A stretch of DNA of 48,120 bases from Chondromyces sp. (GTDB lineage: Bacteria; Acidobacteriota; Thermoanaerobaculia; Thermoanaerobaculales; Sulfomarinibacteraceae), in NCBI GenBank assembly GCA_035466375.1, contig DATIVB010000433.1, positions 1 to 48,120 on the forward strand, given 5' to 3'. Below the pieces are notes generated by a model. The model made no database searches and was not told where the DNA came from. It was given only the letters and a program-made list of their open reading frames with translations. The translations under genes and the position numbers were made by a program. Every line of letters starts with the position of its first letter. The stretch's first letter is position 1. This document shows, in pieces, positions 26,962-35,976 of this stretch.

Positions 26962-28493
26962 GAAGCCACCTCTCCTTCGAGATCTTTTTCGAGCCACCAG
27001 ACCTCGAGCCCGCCGCGCGGGTTGGCCTGGTAGCCCCATTCGCCTACGTCGTCGATCTGTCCGATCTCCGGGCCGAAGGGGTTGGCGGTGCCGAGGAAGA
27101 GGCCGCGCGGCGTCGACATCATGCGACGGGCGCCGTAGTTGAACGGGTTGCCGAAGCCGTTCCGGGTCACCGGCTCCCAGATCGCGCCGTCCCGGCTGCG
27201 CCAGAGGTCGAAGCCGCCGATCTTGTCGGGCAGATCGGCGATCGGAAGGTAGCGGAAGATCTGCGCCATACGCTGCGGCCAGGTGTCGAGGGGCAGGTAC
27301 GAGAGGAACACGCTCCAATCGTAGGTGCCGACGTACAGCCAGCCGTCGTGCGAGCACGAGTTCCAGAGATAACCTGCGAAGAAGTTGTCGAAGCCAGGCC
27401 CGAGTCGGGAGAGCGGCTCCTTGAAACCGTCGGGCGTGTGCCTCGGCGCGCCGACGAGGAGCTCCCACGAGTCGTCGTCGGCGATTCGCAGCAGCTCCGC
27501 CGCCGCCGGTCCGATCCGGTAGGTGCGGTCGTAGCCGCCGTGCTGGATGCCGCTGCCGATGTAGAGACGACCGTCGTGGGCGCACATCGTGGCGACGCCC
27601 TCGTTGAGCGGCCCGCGGTAGGCGCCCTCGGTGAGAACCCGCGTCCACTGGTAAGGTGGTTCGCCGCGTGCGGCGGTCTTCCACACCTGGAAGCCCCGGG
27701 GGTTGACGGTGCCCGCGTACAGGTGGTCGTTGAAGACCGCGAGGTCGAAGACGGCGACGTTCCCGGGATCTCCGAACGAGGGGCTGTTGGCGAGCCGCCA
27801 CGGTCTGTTCGCCGGGTCGGAGTTCTCGAGCACCAGGGCGAGGCCGGCCGTACAGTCCTCGACCCCGAGGTGGCTGAGGCCCTGCCAGCCGGCGGATCGC
27901 CCTGCCGGCGATGTGTAGAGGCGGTCCTTGAAGGTCCTGAGCGCCCGGTAGGTGTTGACTCCGGGGTCGGCCTCCTGCCGGCTCACGGGCTCGAATCGGC
28001 GCCCGTCCTCCGAGCGCAGGATGATCGACGGCTGCCCGCTCCGCGACGGCGCCCAGGTGCAGACGTAGAGCGCCGGAGCCTGGTCGCTGGCGCCCCGAAA
28101 AACGCTCATTCCGCGGTAGCCGATGTCGCGCGGGACCTGAACGCCGCCCTCGAGCTCGACCCACGGCGAGCGGAAGACCTGCCGCCACGATCGGACGTGC
28201 GGGTCGAACCTCCAGATCTCGGCGCGGCGGTCGATCTCGTAAACGTCGTCGGGGCACCGTACCGGCCAAAAGTTCAGGTTCGGCGGGCGGGCGGCCTTGA
28301 TGCTGCAGAGGTTGGCGCGGGTGGTGCCGACGTACAGGGCCCCCGCGAACCAGGCCATGGAGTGGGCGTAGGCGTTCCAGCCGTCGCCGAAGCCGCCTTC
28401 GGCGATGCGGACGAAGGGGTTCTCGACCGGCGCCGCGACCAGCGGGGCGGCGCGCCGCAGAGGCTCGACCGGGGGTCGTCGCTGCCGTTTCAC
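26958..28493 (-). CDS. Cytoplasmic 7-bladed beta-propeller-like protein (hypothetical)
   Basis: 511 aa with no signal peptide. Seven spaced LY-x-G-T/S-type motifs (ALYVGT, ALYVCT, RLYTSP, HLYAGT, RLYIGS, WLYVGT, GLFLGT). Asp-box-like SxDGxxW/F elements (SRDGAIW, SEDGRRF). GTGA overlap at the start. Confidence 0.7.
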   Translation of the reverse strand: MKRQRRPPVEPLRRAAPLVAAPVENPFVRIAEGGFGDGWNAYAHSMAWFAGALYVGTTRANLCSIKAARPPNLNFWPVRCPDDVYEIDRRAEIWRFDPHVRSWRQVFRSPWVELEGGVQVPRDIGYRGMSVFRGASDQAPALYVCTWAPSRSGQPSIILRSEDGRRFEPVSRQEADPGVNTYRALRTFKDRLYTSPAGRSAGWQGLSHLGVEDCTAGLALVLENSDPANRPWRLANSPSFGDPGNVAVFDLAVFNDHLYAGTVNPRGFQVWKTAARGEPPYQWTRVLTEGAYRGPLNEGVATMCAHDGRLYIGSGIQHGGYDRTYRIGPAAAELLRIADDDSWELLVGAPRHTPDGFKEPLSRLGPGFDNFFAGYLWNSCSHDGWLYVGTYDWSVFLSYLPLDTWPQRMAQIFRYLPIADLPDKIGGFDLWRSRDGAIWEPVTRNGFGNPFNYGARRMMSTPRGLFLGTANPFGPEIGQIDDVGEWGYQANPRGGLEVWWLEKDLEGEVAS

Positions 28494-29422
28494 GGGCGGT
28501 CCAGAATGGGCGTCGCATCGCGCGCCGTGCGGGCGGCGCCGACGTGAAGAAAGCGGGTCACGGCATCGACCAGGGGTTGGGGCTGAAGCGCCGGGAAGAA
28601 GTGACCGACGCCGGGCACCACGACCCGCTCGATCGCAGGCTGCACGGCCGCCAGCCCCTCGAGGCTCGGCATCGTGTAGGTGAGCTCGCCGTACACGGCC
28701 AGAAGCGGCAGCTCCAAGGCTGCGACAGCTTCGTGTGACAGCCCTGCCGGGTCCTTGACGTCGTCGGCCAGGGAGGTGGTCTTCAACAGCTGCCGCCAGC
28801 GCTCGGCGGAGCGCTGCGAGCCGTTCCAGCTCTCGAACGGGAGAAACACCGTCGGGTCGGAACTCTGCCGCGGTCCGCGCCGCGCCGACCGCTCGGCGAG
28901 CGCCTCGAGCAGCCGGTAGTCGATCTCCGCGTCGCCCTCGAGGACAATGCCGAGCTCGCTGTAGGTCCGCTCGAGGGATTCCCAGTTGGGGCAGTCGGAG
29001 AGCCGGGGCCGCGGCTGGAAGAGCCGCAGTATGGCGTCGACCAGGGTCAGGCTGGCCACGCGTCCGGGGGCGAGCACGGCGGCGTGCAGGGCGACGGCGC
29101 CGCCGAAGCTGTGGCCGACGAGGTGGGCGCGCTCGACTCCGAGGTGGTCGAGCAGGGCCAGCAGGTCGGCGGCCATGGCGGCGGTCGTGTAGCCGGCGGC
29201 GGTGATCTCGCTGCGACCGTGGCCGCGGAGGTCGTAGGCGGTCAGAGGAAAGAGCTGCCCGAGGGGGCGCCCCACACCCCAGTACCAGAAGGCCAGGTTG
29301 GCGCCGAGGCCGTGGATGAGCACGACCTCGGCGGCGGGCGCGGCTGGGGTCGCCGGCCCGCCCGCAGGGGGGTCGAGCCGCTCATAGGCGAGGCGGACAC
29401 CGGGCAGCACGGCGAACGGCAT
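28490..29422 (-). CDS. Alpha/beta-fold hydrolase
   Basis: VVLIHGLGAN, nucleophile elbow GHSFGG and C-terminal GVGHF. ATG lies 2 nt after the upstream stop. Confidence 0.8.
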   Translation of the reverse strand: MPFAVLPGVRLAYERLDPPAGGPATPAAPAAEVVLIHGLGANLAFWYWGVGRPLGQLFPLTAYDLRGHGRSEITAAGYTTAAMAADLLALLDHLGVERAHLVGHSFGGAVALHAAVLAPGRVASLTLVDAILRLFQPRPRLSDCPNWESLERTYSELGIVLEGDAEIDYRLLEALAERSARRGPRQSSDPTVFLPFESWNGSQRSAERWRQLLKTTSLADDVKDPAGLSHEAVAALELPLLAVYGELTYTMPSLEGLAAVQPAIERVVVPGVGHFFPALQPQPLVDAVTRFLHVGAARTARDATPILDRP

Positions 29423-29424
29423 TC

Positions 29425-31044
29425 CTACTCCACGTAGCCCAGAGCCTTGAGCCGGGCCATGACCTCCGCCTCGGCGTCCTCGTCGAGGGCCTGCTCGTTC
29501 TTCGACAGGCGCTGCTCCGGGAAGGGGTCGGGCGCCAGAGTCGGCGGTCCCGATTCGACCGGCTGCCGGGCCAGGTGCTCGCGGGTGAAGAGCCCGTCCG
29601 GGATCCGACCCTCGAGATCGACCGGGATCGACAGCCCGAGGCTGTACAGGGCGATCGGCGTTACGTCCACCAGGTCGACCGCGGTCTCCCGCCGGCCTGG
29701 CTCGATGCCGGGCCCGGCCGCGATGAACACGCCTTCGGGTCGGTGGGTGCCAAGTGTGGCCTGCCGCGGCCGCAGCGGCTGCTCGGCGTTGAGGATCGAG
29801 ACGAAGCCGCCGTCGCGGACCGTCAGCAGGAGGTCCGGCGCCATCTCCATGGTCGCGCCGGGATAGGCCTGCTCGCGGGTCAGGACCGAGGTCACGACCG
29901 GCTGTCCGTCCGCCGGGTCGCGCCAGGCGAGCAGCTCGTCGGCGATCTGCCGGCGGAACGCCTCGTAGCGGTCGGCGGGGACCCCGGCGCCGCCGTCCTC
30001 GGCGCGGCGGATAAACACCCCGTTGGACGACGGCGTGAGGCAGAAGGCGCTCGTGCGGTCCCAGTCGAGCATGCCGACGTGGCTCTTCAGGCGATCGACG
30101 GTGAGGGCGCCGGTCGTGTCGCGGTCGGTCTCGTCCCGCCAGCCGAGGTATCCCCGCTCGGCGAGCCAGGCATTGAGATAGACGACCTCCCAGGTCGGAC
30201 CGAAGCCGTGGTCGGAGACCACGAAGATCCGCGCGTCTCGGCCGCCGAGCTCGGCGAGGCGGCGCAGGTAGGAGTCCACCTCCCGGAAGTAGTCGAGGCA
30301 CAGTCCGCGCACCCGCCGGTCCTCGGGTGACGCCGTGCGATCGTCGTACATCCCGGGATCGAGATACCGCCAGAAGACGTGCTGTAGCTTGTCGACGCCG
30401 TCGAACACCACTGCGGTCACGTCGCTGGGGTCCTCGGTCATCAGCATCTGGGCGATCTCGAACCACTGGCGTTCCCGCCTGCGGTGCAGGGCGGTCCAGT
30501 CGTCGTAGTCCTCCTCGGGCAGGCCCTGGATGGACTTCTTCTCGAGGTCGAGGTCCATCGCCAGCTCGTGGCGGTCGAAGCCGGGGAGCTTCTGGATCTC
30601 GTCGAACAGCTCGGGTGGCCACATCGCGCGGCGCAGGTGGCGGTAGGGGACGAAGCCCGAGATCGTGTGTCCTGCAACCGGGCGCGGCGGCGCGAGGCCG
30701 AAGAAGTTGAGCGCCGTGGCGCGCCGCCCCTGCCGGCTGACGATCTCCCACAGGGTCTCGACCCGCCGGTCGCGGGAGGAGTTCATCGAGAAGAAGACCG
30801 AGCCGTTCCGTTCCTCGGCGCGGATGAAATCGTAGATGCCGTGGTTGCCGGGGCTGCGGCCCGTCATGACGGTCGTCCACGCCGGCGGGGTCAAGGGGTT
30901 GACCGTCGACATCAGATCGGCCCACTGGCCGCGGTCCCGCAGCTCGCCGAGGAAGGGCGTCACGCCTTCCTCGATCAGCTGATCGAGGACCGTGAACGTC
31001 GCCCCGTCGAGGCCGAAAATGAGGGTCTTGGGCGCCTCAGGCAT
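29425..31044 (-). CDS. Alkaline-phosphatase-superfamily enzyme, nucleotide pyrophosphatase/phosphodiesterase (NPP)-like
   Basis: LIFGLDGAT (metal Asp), LTPPAWTTVMTGRSPGNHGI (Thr nucleophile region), FVVSDHGFG. The start overlaps the ACP stop by 8 nt. Confidence 0.8.
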   Translation of the reverse strand: MPEAPKTLIFGLDGATFTVLDQLIEEGVTPFLGELRDRGQWADLMSTVNPLTPPAWTTVMTGRSPGNHGIYDFIRAEERNGSVFFSMNSSRDRRVETLWEIVSRQGRRATALNFFGLAPPRPVAGHTISGFVPYRHLRRAMWPPELFDEIQKLPGFDRHELAMDLDLEKKSIQGLPEEDYDDWTALHRRRERQWFEIAQMLMTEDPSDVTAVVFDGVDKLQHVFWRYLDPGMYDDRTASPEDRRVRGLCLDYFREVDSYLRRLAELGGRDARIFVVSDHGFGPTWEVVYLNAWLAERGYLGWRDETDRDTTGALTVDRLKSHVGMLDWDRTSAFCLTPSSNGVFIRRAEDGGAGVPADRYEAFRRQIADELLAWRDPADGQPVVTSVLTREQAYPGATMEMAPDLLLTVRDGGFVSILNAEQPLRPRQATLGTHRPEGVFIAAGPGIEPGRRETAVDLVDVTPIALYSLGLSIPVDLEGRIPDGLFTREHLARQPVESGPPTLAPDPFPEQRLSKNEQALDEDAEAEVMARLKALGYVE

Positions 31045-31357
31045 GGGTGGCGCCCGTCAGGGTCGTGTCGAGGAAATCGACCAGCTGCTGCACGGTCAGG
31101 TCGTCGACGTAGCGGCCGTCGTGCATCAGGAGCTTTTCGAACGGCAGGTCCCGGCGCTGGAACCGGCCCTCGAGGCTGACCACGAGCTGCACCACGTCGA
31201 TCGACTCGAAGGCGAGGTCCTCGATCAGTCTGGTGTCTGGGCCGATGTCGCCCGAGAAGTCGGTGTCCCAGTCCGCGGTCAGGTCCTTGAGGATCTCGAG
31301 GACCGCGGCGTTGATCGTCGTCCGGTCGAAGCCACTCGAAACGTTCGTGCTGCTCAT
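31037..31357 (-). CDS. Discrete acyl carrier protein
   Basis: 106 aa. Phosphopantetheine-site motif LAFESIDVVQL with the Ser codon at 31202-31204. ATG preceded by GGAGG lying in the end of the upstream gene. Confidence 0.8.
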   Translation of the reverse strand: MSSTNVSSGFDRTTINAAVLEILKDLTADWDTDFSGDIGPDTRLIEDLAFESIDVVQLVVSLEGRFQRRDLPFEKLLMHDGRYVDDLTVQQLVDFLDTTLTGATHA

Positions 31358-31361
31358 CAGT

Positions 31362-34300
31362 TTACCTCCGGTGCTGGGTGTCCAAACGGGCGTCGCGCCC
31401 GGCCGGGTTCGCGCTGGTTTGTGGAACGGCCGCGGCAGCGGAGGCGCCGCCCGCGTCAGTCGAAGTGGTCATCGCGGTCGCGGTCGCGCCGTCTCGTTCG
31501 GCGGCCGCGGCCTCCGCACGCGCCTCGCCGTCGGCGAAGTGCACGCTCACTCTGAGTTCGCTCCCGAACGCCGCCTGCCAGCCGCCGGTCGCCCGCAGCT
31601 CTCCGTCGCCGTCGCCGGTGATGAAGATGTCGGCCGGCGCCACCTCGAGACCCGAGCCTGCCAGCCGCCGGCGGGCCGCATCCTTGGCTGCCAGGCGTCC
31701 GAGCAGCCACTGCTCGCCGTGGTCGGCCGCCTCGTGGGAGGCGTGCCACACGCGGCGCTCGTCGCGCGTCAGGGTCAGGCCCGCCACCACCTGCTGCCAG
31801 ATACCGCCGCGTGCCGCGAAGCCCGGCGGGAGGTCCGGACGGGCGACCCGCGCGCCGGCGACGGGCGCCGCGCCGCGCTGCCCGGCGTCGGCAGCCCACG
31901 GCCGGCAGATCGACGAGCCCGCGGGGTCGAGCATGAAGGCGAGGAACGAGCGGGGAACGTCGAAGCGCCTGTCCTCCCAGGCCGTGAAGCGGGCGTGCAG
32001 GCGGCCGGCGCCGTCATCCACCTCGAGGTCCGAGACCACGCCGGTGTCGCCGTCGAGCCGGATATCGGCGCGGCAGACGAGCCTGCGTCCGGGGGGCGGT
32101 GGCGGCGAAAAGAGCTCGAGCCGCTCGATCCGCGTCGGGAAGATCACGAAGCCGTCGGCGAGCCGGTCCGAGGTCCACACGCCGACCAGCTGGCCGGGCT
32201 GGTCGAGCAGGACCGGATCGGTGCAGAACATGGGTTCGGCGTCGGCCAGGAGACCGCGCCGCGGCAACACCTCGAGCACCGCCTCGGCCCCGTCGTCGTC
32301 GAGGTGGGTCACCTGCTCGATGCCGCGAAAACGCGGCCCATGGAACATCGCCTCCCGGTAGACCCGCTCGCGGTTCCATGGCGGCAGCTCGCAGGGCCCC
32401 GAGCGGCGGGTGAGTGGCGCGGGGGGGAAGGACGGTGCGAGGAGGACCCGTGTGCCGAGGTGCGGCTGGCCGCCTCGCGCTGCGGCCCCGCCGATCTCGA
32501 CCGCCACGGTCGCGTGCGGGCCGGAGCCCGGCAGACGGACGGCCGTGACCTCGAGCTCCGCCCGTCCGTCGCCGTCGAGCGTGATCCAGCGTTGGGCGAC
32601 CACCTGCTCGAAGCCGATGCAGACGTGGTTCGGAGCCAGCTCCAGCGCCGCCTCGGCGGCCAACTCGAGGGTCATGGTGAGGGGCACCACCGGGAGGGCC
32701 GTGAGCCCGGCGTCGGCAGTCGAGACCCGGCCGCCGAGGGTGTGGTCGGCGAGGAAGAGGTGCCTGGCGGTCGACAGCTCCACCGCCGCCTCGAGCCGGT
32801 CGCCGTTGCGGCGAAAGCGTGCCCCGAGAAGCGGAGCGGGCCGAAGCTGCGGAACCGCCCGCTGACCGTTGATTCCCGCGAGAAACCGGGTCAGTACCTT
32901 CTCCTGGGCCTCCAGCATGCGGTTGGTCACCTCGAAGTGGGCGGCCATCGCGGCGTCGCGTCCGGCGAGCGGTCGCCCGCCGACGGGACGGTCGCCTTCG
33001 ACCGGCCCACCGCTCGCTGGGACTGGGCGGAGTGCCGCCGGAGCCTGCTCGGATGAACCTCCCGGCTCGAGCGGGGCGGCTGCCGGGGCACTTCTCGCAC
33101 CGGCCGACAGGCGCGCGGCGGTTTCCGCGGAGAGCCGCACCTCGGGCCATCCGGTGGCCAGGACGAGAACCGGCCCACGACGGTTTGTCCGCTGCGCGTC
33201 GGTGTTCGCTGTGGACCTCGTCGGCGGCGCAGGGATGTCGGGTGCGGCCAGCGGCGAGAGGTCGAGCGGGACACCGTGGACGGCGAGCTGTGCGAGCGCG
33301 AACTGGAGGTGGGTCACGGTCGGCCGGTGGACCCCGTCGCAGGCCACCGCGAGATGCGGGCGGCCGCGCAGGATGTCCTTGACAAAGGCCGTCAGATTGC
33401 CCCGCGGGCCGGACTCGACGAAGAGGCGGACACCGCTCGCCCACAGGCCCTCGATCGTCTCGCGGAACCGCACCGGCGTGGCCCACTGCTCGAGGGTGAG
33501 CGCCTTCAGCTCGGCGAGGTCGGCCGGCACCGGCGAGGCCGAGGCGCAGGACCACATCGGAACGCGGGGGGCCTGTAGCGGCAGGGTGTCGAAAAACGGC
33601 TCGAGCACGGCGAGGGCGGGACGGAACGCCGCCGTGTGGTACCCGCGCCGGAAGGCGAGCTCCTCGAGGACCGCGCCGCGGTCCGAAAGACGGGCGCGCG
33701 CCTCGGCCAGCGCCTCGGCCGCGCCCGAAATCACCACCTGGTGGGGGCAGTTGTCCATGGCCAGCTCGATCGATCCGATCGTCTCGAGCACCCGCGCGAT
33801 GTCGCCCGGGTCGGCCGCGCCGACCGCCAGCAGCGGCGTGTCCGGCACCGTTTCGTCCCGCGACAGCTCCTGGTACAGGCCGTTGAGGCCGAGCATCAGC
33901 GCATGAAGCTCGGACTCGTCGTCGATTCGGATGGCGCCGGCGGCGAAGAGGGCGGAGTAGTCGCCGGTGCTGTGGCCGACGATGACATCGGGCTTCAGCG
34001 CCAGGGAGTCGAGCACCGCGTGCACGGCGGCGTTGGCGCTGAACACGACCTCCACCGCACCGTCCATGTCCCACAGGCGGTCCGGCTCCATGCCGCCGAA
34101 GACGAGCTGGCTCGGCAGGAATCCCCGCGGGTGGTCGATAAATGCGCGATCGATGCGCTCGATTGCCTCGCGCGCCTTGGGGAAGCGGACGCACAGGTCG
34201 GAAAGCATGCCGGGGTACTGCGAGCCCTCGCCGGGGAACATGAGCGCCAGGGTGCCGCCTTGAGCGTGCAGCGGCTCTGCGGTGAAGAAGATGCCGCTGC

Positions 34301-34568
34301 GGTCGTTGATCCGGCGGCAGTCCGGGTCGCCGAGGCGATCGGCCGCGTGCTCGAGCTTGGCCGCGAGCTCGTCCTTCGTGCCGGCGACGACCGCGAGCGA
34401 GAGCGGGCCATCGGGGCGCGGCTCGCCGATCTCGCAGACCAGGCCGCGGAGCGAGAGCTCCTCACGGTCGCTCCGCGCGAGCTCCGCGGCATGACGCGCC
34501 CGCGCGACGAGCGCCAGCCGATCGCCGGCGGTCAGGACCGCGAGCTCGGTGCGGGCCTTCGTATTCAC
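31362..34568 (-). CDS. Acyltransferase - PKS-type dehydratase protein with C-terminal PPTase-like segment
   Basis: 1068 aa. GTG 34568 overlaps the KS stop as GTGA. See the three sub-features below. Confidence 0.85.
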   Translation of the reverse strand: MNTKARTELAVLTAGDRLALVARARHAAELARSDREELSLRGLVCEIGEPRPDGPLSLAVVAGTKDELAAKLEHAADRLGDPDCRRINDRSGIFFTAEPLHAQGGTLALMFPGEGSQYPGMLSDLCVRFPKAREAIERIDRAFIDHPRGFLPSQLVFGGMEPDRLWDMDGAVEVVFSANAAVHAVLDSLALKPDVIVGHSTGDYSALFAAGAIRIDDESELHALMLGLNGLYQELSRDETVPDTPLLAVGAADPGDIARVLETIGSIELAMDNCPHQVVISGAAEALAEARARLSDRGAVLEELAFRRGYHTAAFRPALAVLEPFFDTLPLQAPRVPMWSCASASPVPADLAELKALTLEQWATPVRFRETIEGLWASGVRLFVESGPRGNLTAFVKDILRGRPHLAVACDGVHRPTVTHLQFALAQLAVHGVPLDLSPLAAPDIPAPPTRSTANTDAQRTNRRGPVLVLATGWPEVRLSAETAARLSAGARSAPAAAPLEPGGSSEQAPAALRPVPASGGPVEGDRPVGGRPLAGRDAAMAAHFEVTNRMLEAQEKVLTRFLAGINGQRAVPQLRPAPLLGARFRRNGDRLEAAVELSTARHLFLADHTLGGRVSTADAGLTALPVVPLTMTLELAAEAALELAPNHVCIGFEQVVAQRWITLDGDGRAELEVTAVRLPGSGPHATVAVEIGGAAARGGQPHLGTRVLLAPSFPPAPLTRRSGPCELPPWNRERVYREAMFHGPRFRGIEQVTHLDDDGAEAVLEVLPRRGLLADAEPMFCTDPVLLDQPGQLVGVWTSDRLADGFVIFPTRIERLELFSPPPPPGRRLVCRADIRLDGDTGVVSDLEVDDGAGRLHARFTAWEDRRFDVPRSFLAFMLDPAGSSICRPWAADAGQRGAAPVAGARVARPDLPPGFAARGGIWQQVVAGLTLTRDERRVWHASHEAADHGEQWLLGRLAAKDAARRRLAGSGLEVAPADIFITGDGDGELRATGGWQAAFGSELRVSVHFADGEARAEAAAAERDGATATAMTTSTDAGGASAAAAVPQTSANPAGRDARLDTQHRR
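31509..31796 (-). other. 4'-phosphopantetheinyl-transferase-like (ACPS-fold) segment
   Basis: LTRDERRVWH....EQWLLGRLAAKDAARRRL....ADIFITGDGDGELRATG......LRVSVHFADGEARAEA resembles the second half of the PPTase fold (W/F-x-x-KEA-x-x-K motif region). I could not find a clear GxD Mg-binding motif. Confidence 0.35.
31974..32816 (-). other. PKS-type (double hot-dog) DH domain
   Basis: LADHTLGG....LPVVP (HxxxG...P with an insertion) and DPVLLDQPGQL (DxxxQ-type second motif). Confidence 0.65.
33279..34271 (-). other. AT domain (GHSTG; Ser codon 33969-33971)
   Basis: LMFPGEGSQYPGM ... VIVGHSTGDYSA ... RRGYHTAAF. Confidence 0.8.
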
Positions 34569-35968
34569 GCCACCTCCTCGAGCACCGCGTGCGCGTTGAT
34601 CCCACCGAAGCCGAAGGAGTTGACCCCCGCCCGGCGCGGTGTGGCCCGCGAGCCGTGGATCCAGGGCGTGGGCTCGCGCAGCACGAAGAAGGGCGTCTTC
34701 TCGAGCTCGATTGAAGGGTTCGGCTGGTCGCAGTTGAGGGTCGGCGGCAGCACTCGGTTCGACAGGGCGAGTGCCACTTTGATGAGGCCGGCGATGCCCG
34801 CCGCCGGCATCAGGTGGCCGAGCATGGACTTCACCGAGCCGAGACCGCAGTGCGGAAGGGCCACAGTCCGCTCGCCGAACACGCTGCGCAGGGCTCGTAC
34901 CTCGGTCTCGTCGCCGAGCGGCACCGCGGTGCCGTGGGCCTCGATCAGGCCGACGGTCCGGGGATCGATGGAGGCGCTGCGATAGGCGCGTTCGAGTGCC
35001 AACACCTCGCCCTCGAGCCTCGGCGCCATCACGCCGATCCCGCGGCCGTCGCTCGCGACGCCGACGGCCTTGATCACGGCGTACATGCGGTCGCCGTCGC
35101 GCTCGGCGTCGCGGCGGCGCTTGAGCACCACCATGCCGATCCCTTCGCCGAGTATCGTGCCGTCCGCTCCGCGGTCGAAGGGTCGTATCTCCTGCCGGCG
35201 GGAAAGCGCGCCGAGCTGGCAGAACAGCATCAGGATCGGCACCGGGGTGACCACGTGCGACCCGCCGACCAGGGCCATGTCCAGCTGGCCCGAGACCAGA
35301 CCGTGCACCGCCTGCTCCAGGGCGATCAACGACGAGGCGCAGGCGGCGTCCACCGTGTAGGTCGGCCCCATCAGGTCGAGGCGGTTGGCGATGCGGCCGG
35401 CGATAATGTTGGGGACCAGCCCCGGCACGGTGTCCGGGTTGAACGGCGGAAGCTGCGACTTGAGCTCGCCGCGCACCTCGGCGAGCGCGTCGCCATCGAG
35501 GTGGGGGCACAGCGACGACAGCAGCGCCATCGTCTGGTCCACCACCATGCCGTGCTGGACGACGCTGAAGTTGCCCCGGTTGAGGTAGGTGCCCTTGCCC
35601 AGGATGACCCCGGTGTTCCTGCGCACCTCTGCGGGCACCTCATCGTACCCGGCGTCGGCGAGGGCATCGACCGCGAGCTTCAAGGCCAACCACTGGTCGG
35701 GCTCCCCGCCTGCGGCCGCGGACGGCATCACGCCGTACTTCGCGGGCTCGAATCGGGTCAGATCGCCGAGAAATCCACCCCGCGCGCAGTACACCCGGTC
35801 GTTCGCGGCTGAGTCGGGGTCGAAGAAGATCGCCGGATCCCAGGAGCCGGGAGGCGGATCGCTGATGGCGCTCACGCCGCCGATGACGTTGTCCCAGTAG
35901 GTGGCGAGGTCGGGCGCCCCGGGGAAGAGGCACGACATCCCCACGATCGCGACGTCCCGTTCCGACAT
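34565..35968 (-). CDS. Stand-alone ketosynthase (type I PKS/PfaC-N-terminal-like)
   Basis: VAIVGMSCLFPGAPD, active-site TVDAACASS (Cys codon 35339-35341), EAHGTAVPLGD, GSVKSMLGHLMPAAG. ATG preceded by GAGG. Confidence 0.9.
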   Translation of the reverse strand: MSERDVAIVGMSCLFPGAPDLATYWDNVIGGVSAISDPPPGSWDPAIFFDPDSAANDRVYCARGGFLGDLTRFEPAKYGVMPSAAAGGEPDQWLALKLAVDALADAGYDEVPAEVRRNTGVILGKGTYLNRGNFSVVQHGMVVDQTMALLSSLCPHLDGDALAEVRGELKSQLPPFNPDTVPGLVPNIIAGRIANRLDLMGPTYTVDAACASSLIALEQAVHGLVSGQLDMALVGGSHVVTPVPILMLFCQLGALSRRQEIRPFDRGADGTILGEGIGMVVLKRRRDAERDGDRMYAVIKAVGVASDGRGIGVMAPRLEGEVLALERAYRSASIDPRTVGLIEAHGTAVPLGDETEVRALRSVFGERTVALPHCGLGSVKSMLGHLMPAAGIAGLIKVALALSNRVLPPTLNCDQPNPSIELEKTPFFVLREPTPWIHGSRATPRRAGVNSFGFGGINAHAVLEEVA

Positions 35969-35976
35969 CGGACGCC

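Noticed and set aside
23751-35510. ORF-track entries suggesting very long fused proteins (23751-26225, 26167-28518, 28490-30925, 31362-35510, 34565-36046)
   Set aside because: The upstream halves are out-of-frame read-through over the preceding genes, with Arg/Pro-rich nonsense translations. The real proteins begin at internal ATG/GTG/TTG codons that coincide with the upstream gene's stop and with the expected family N-termini.
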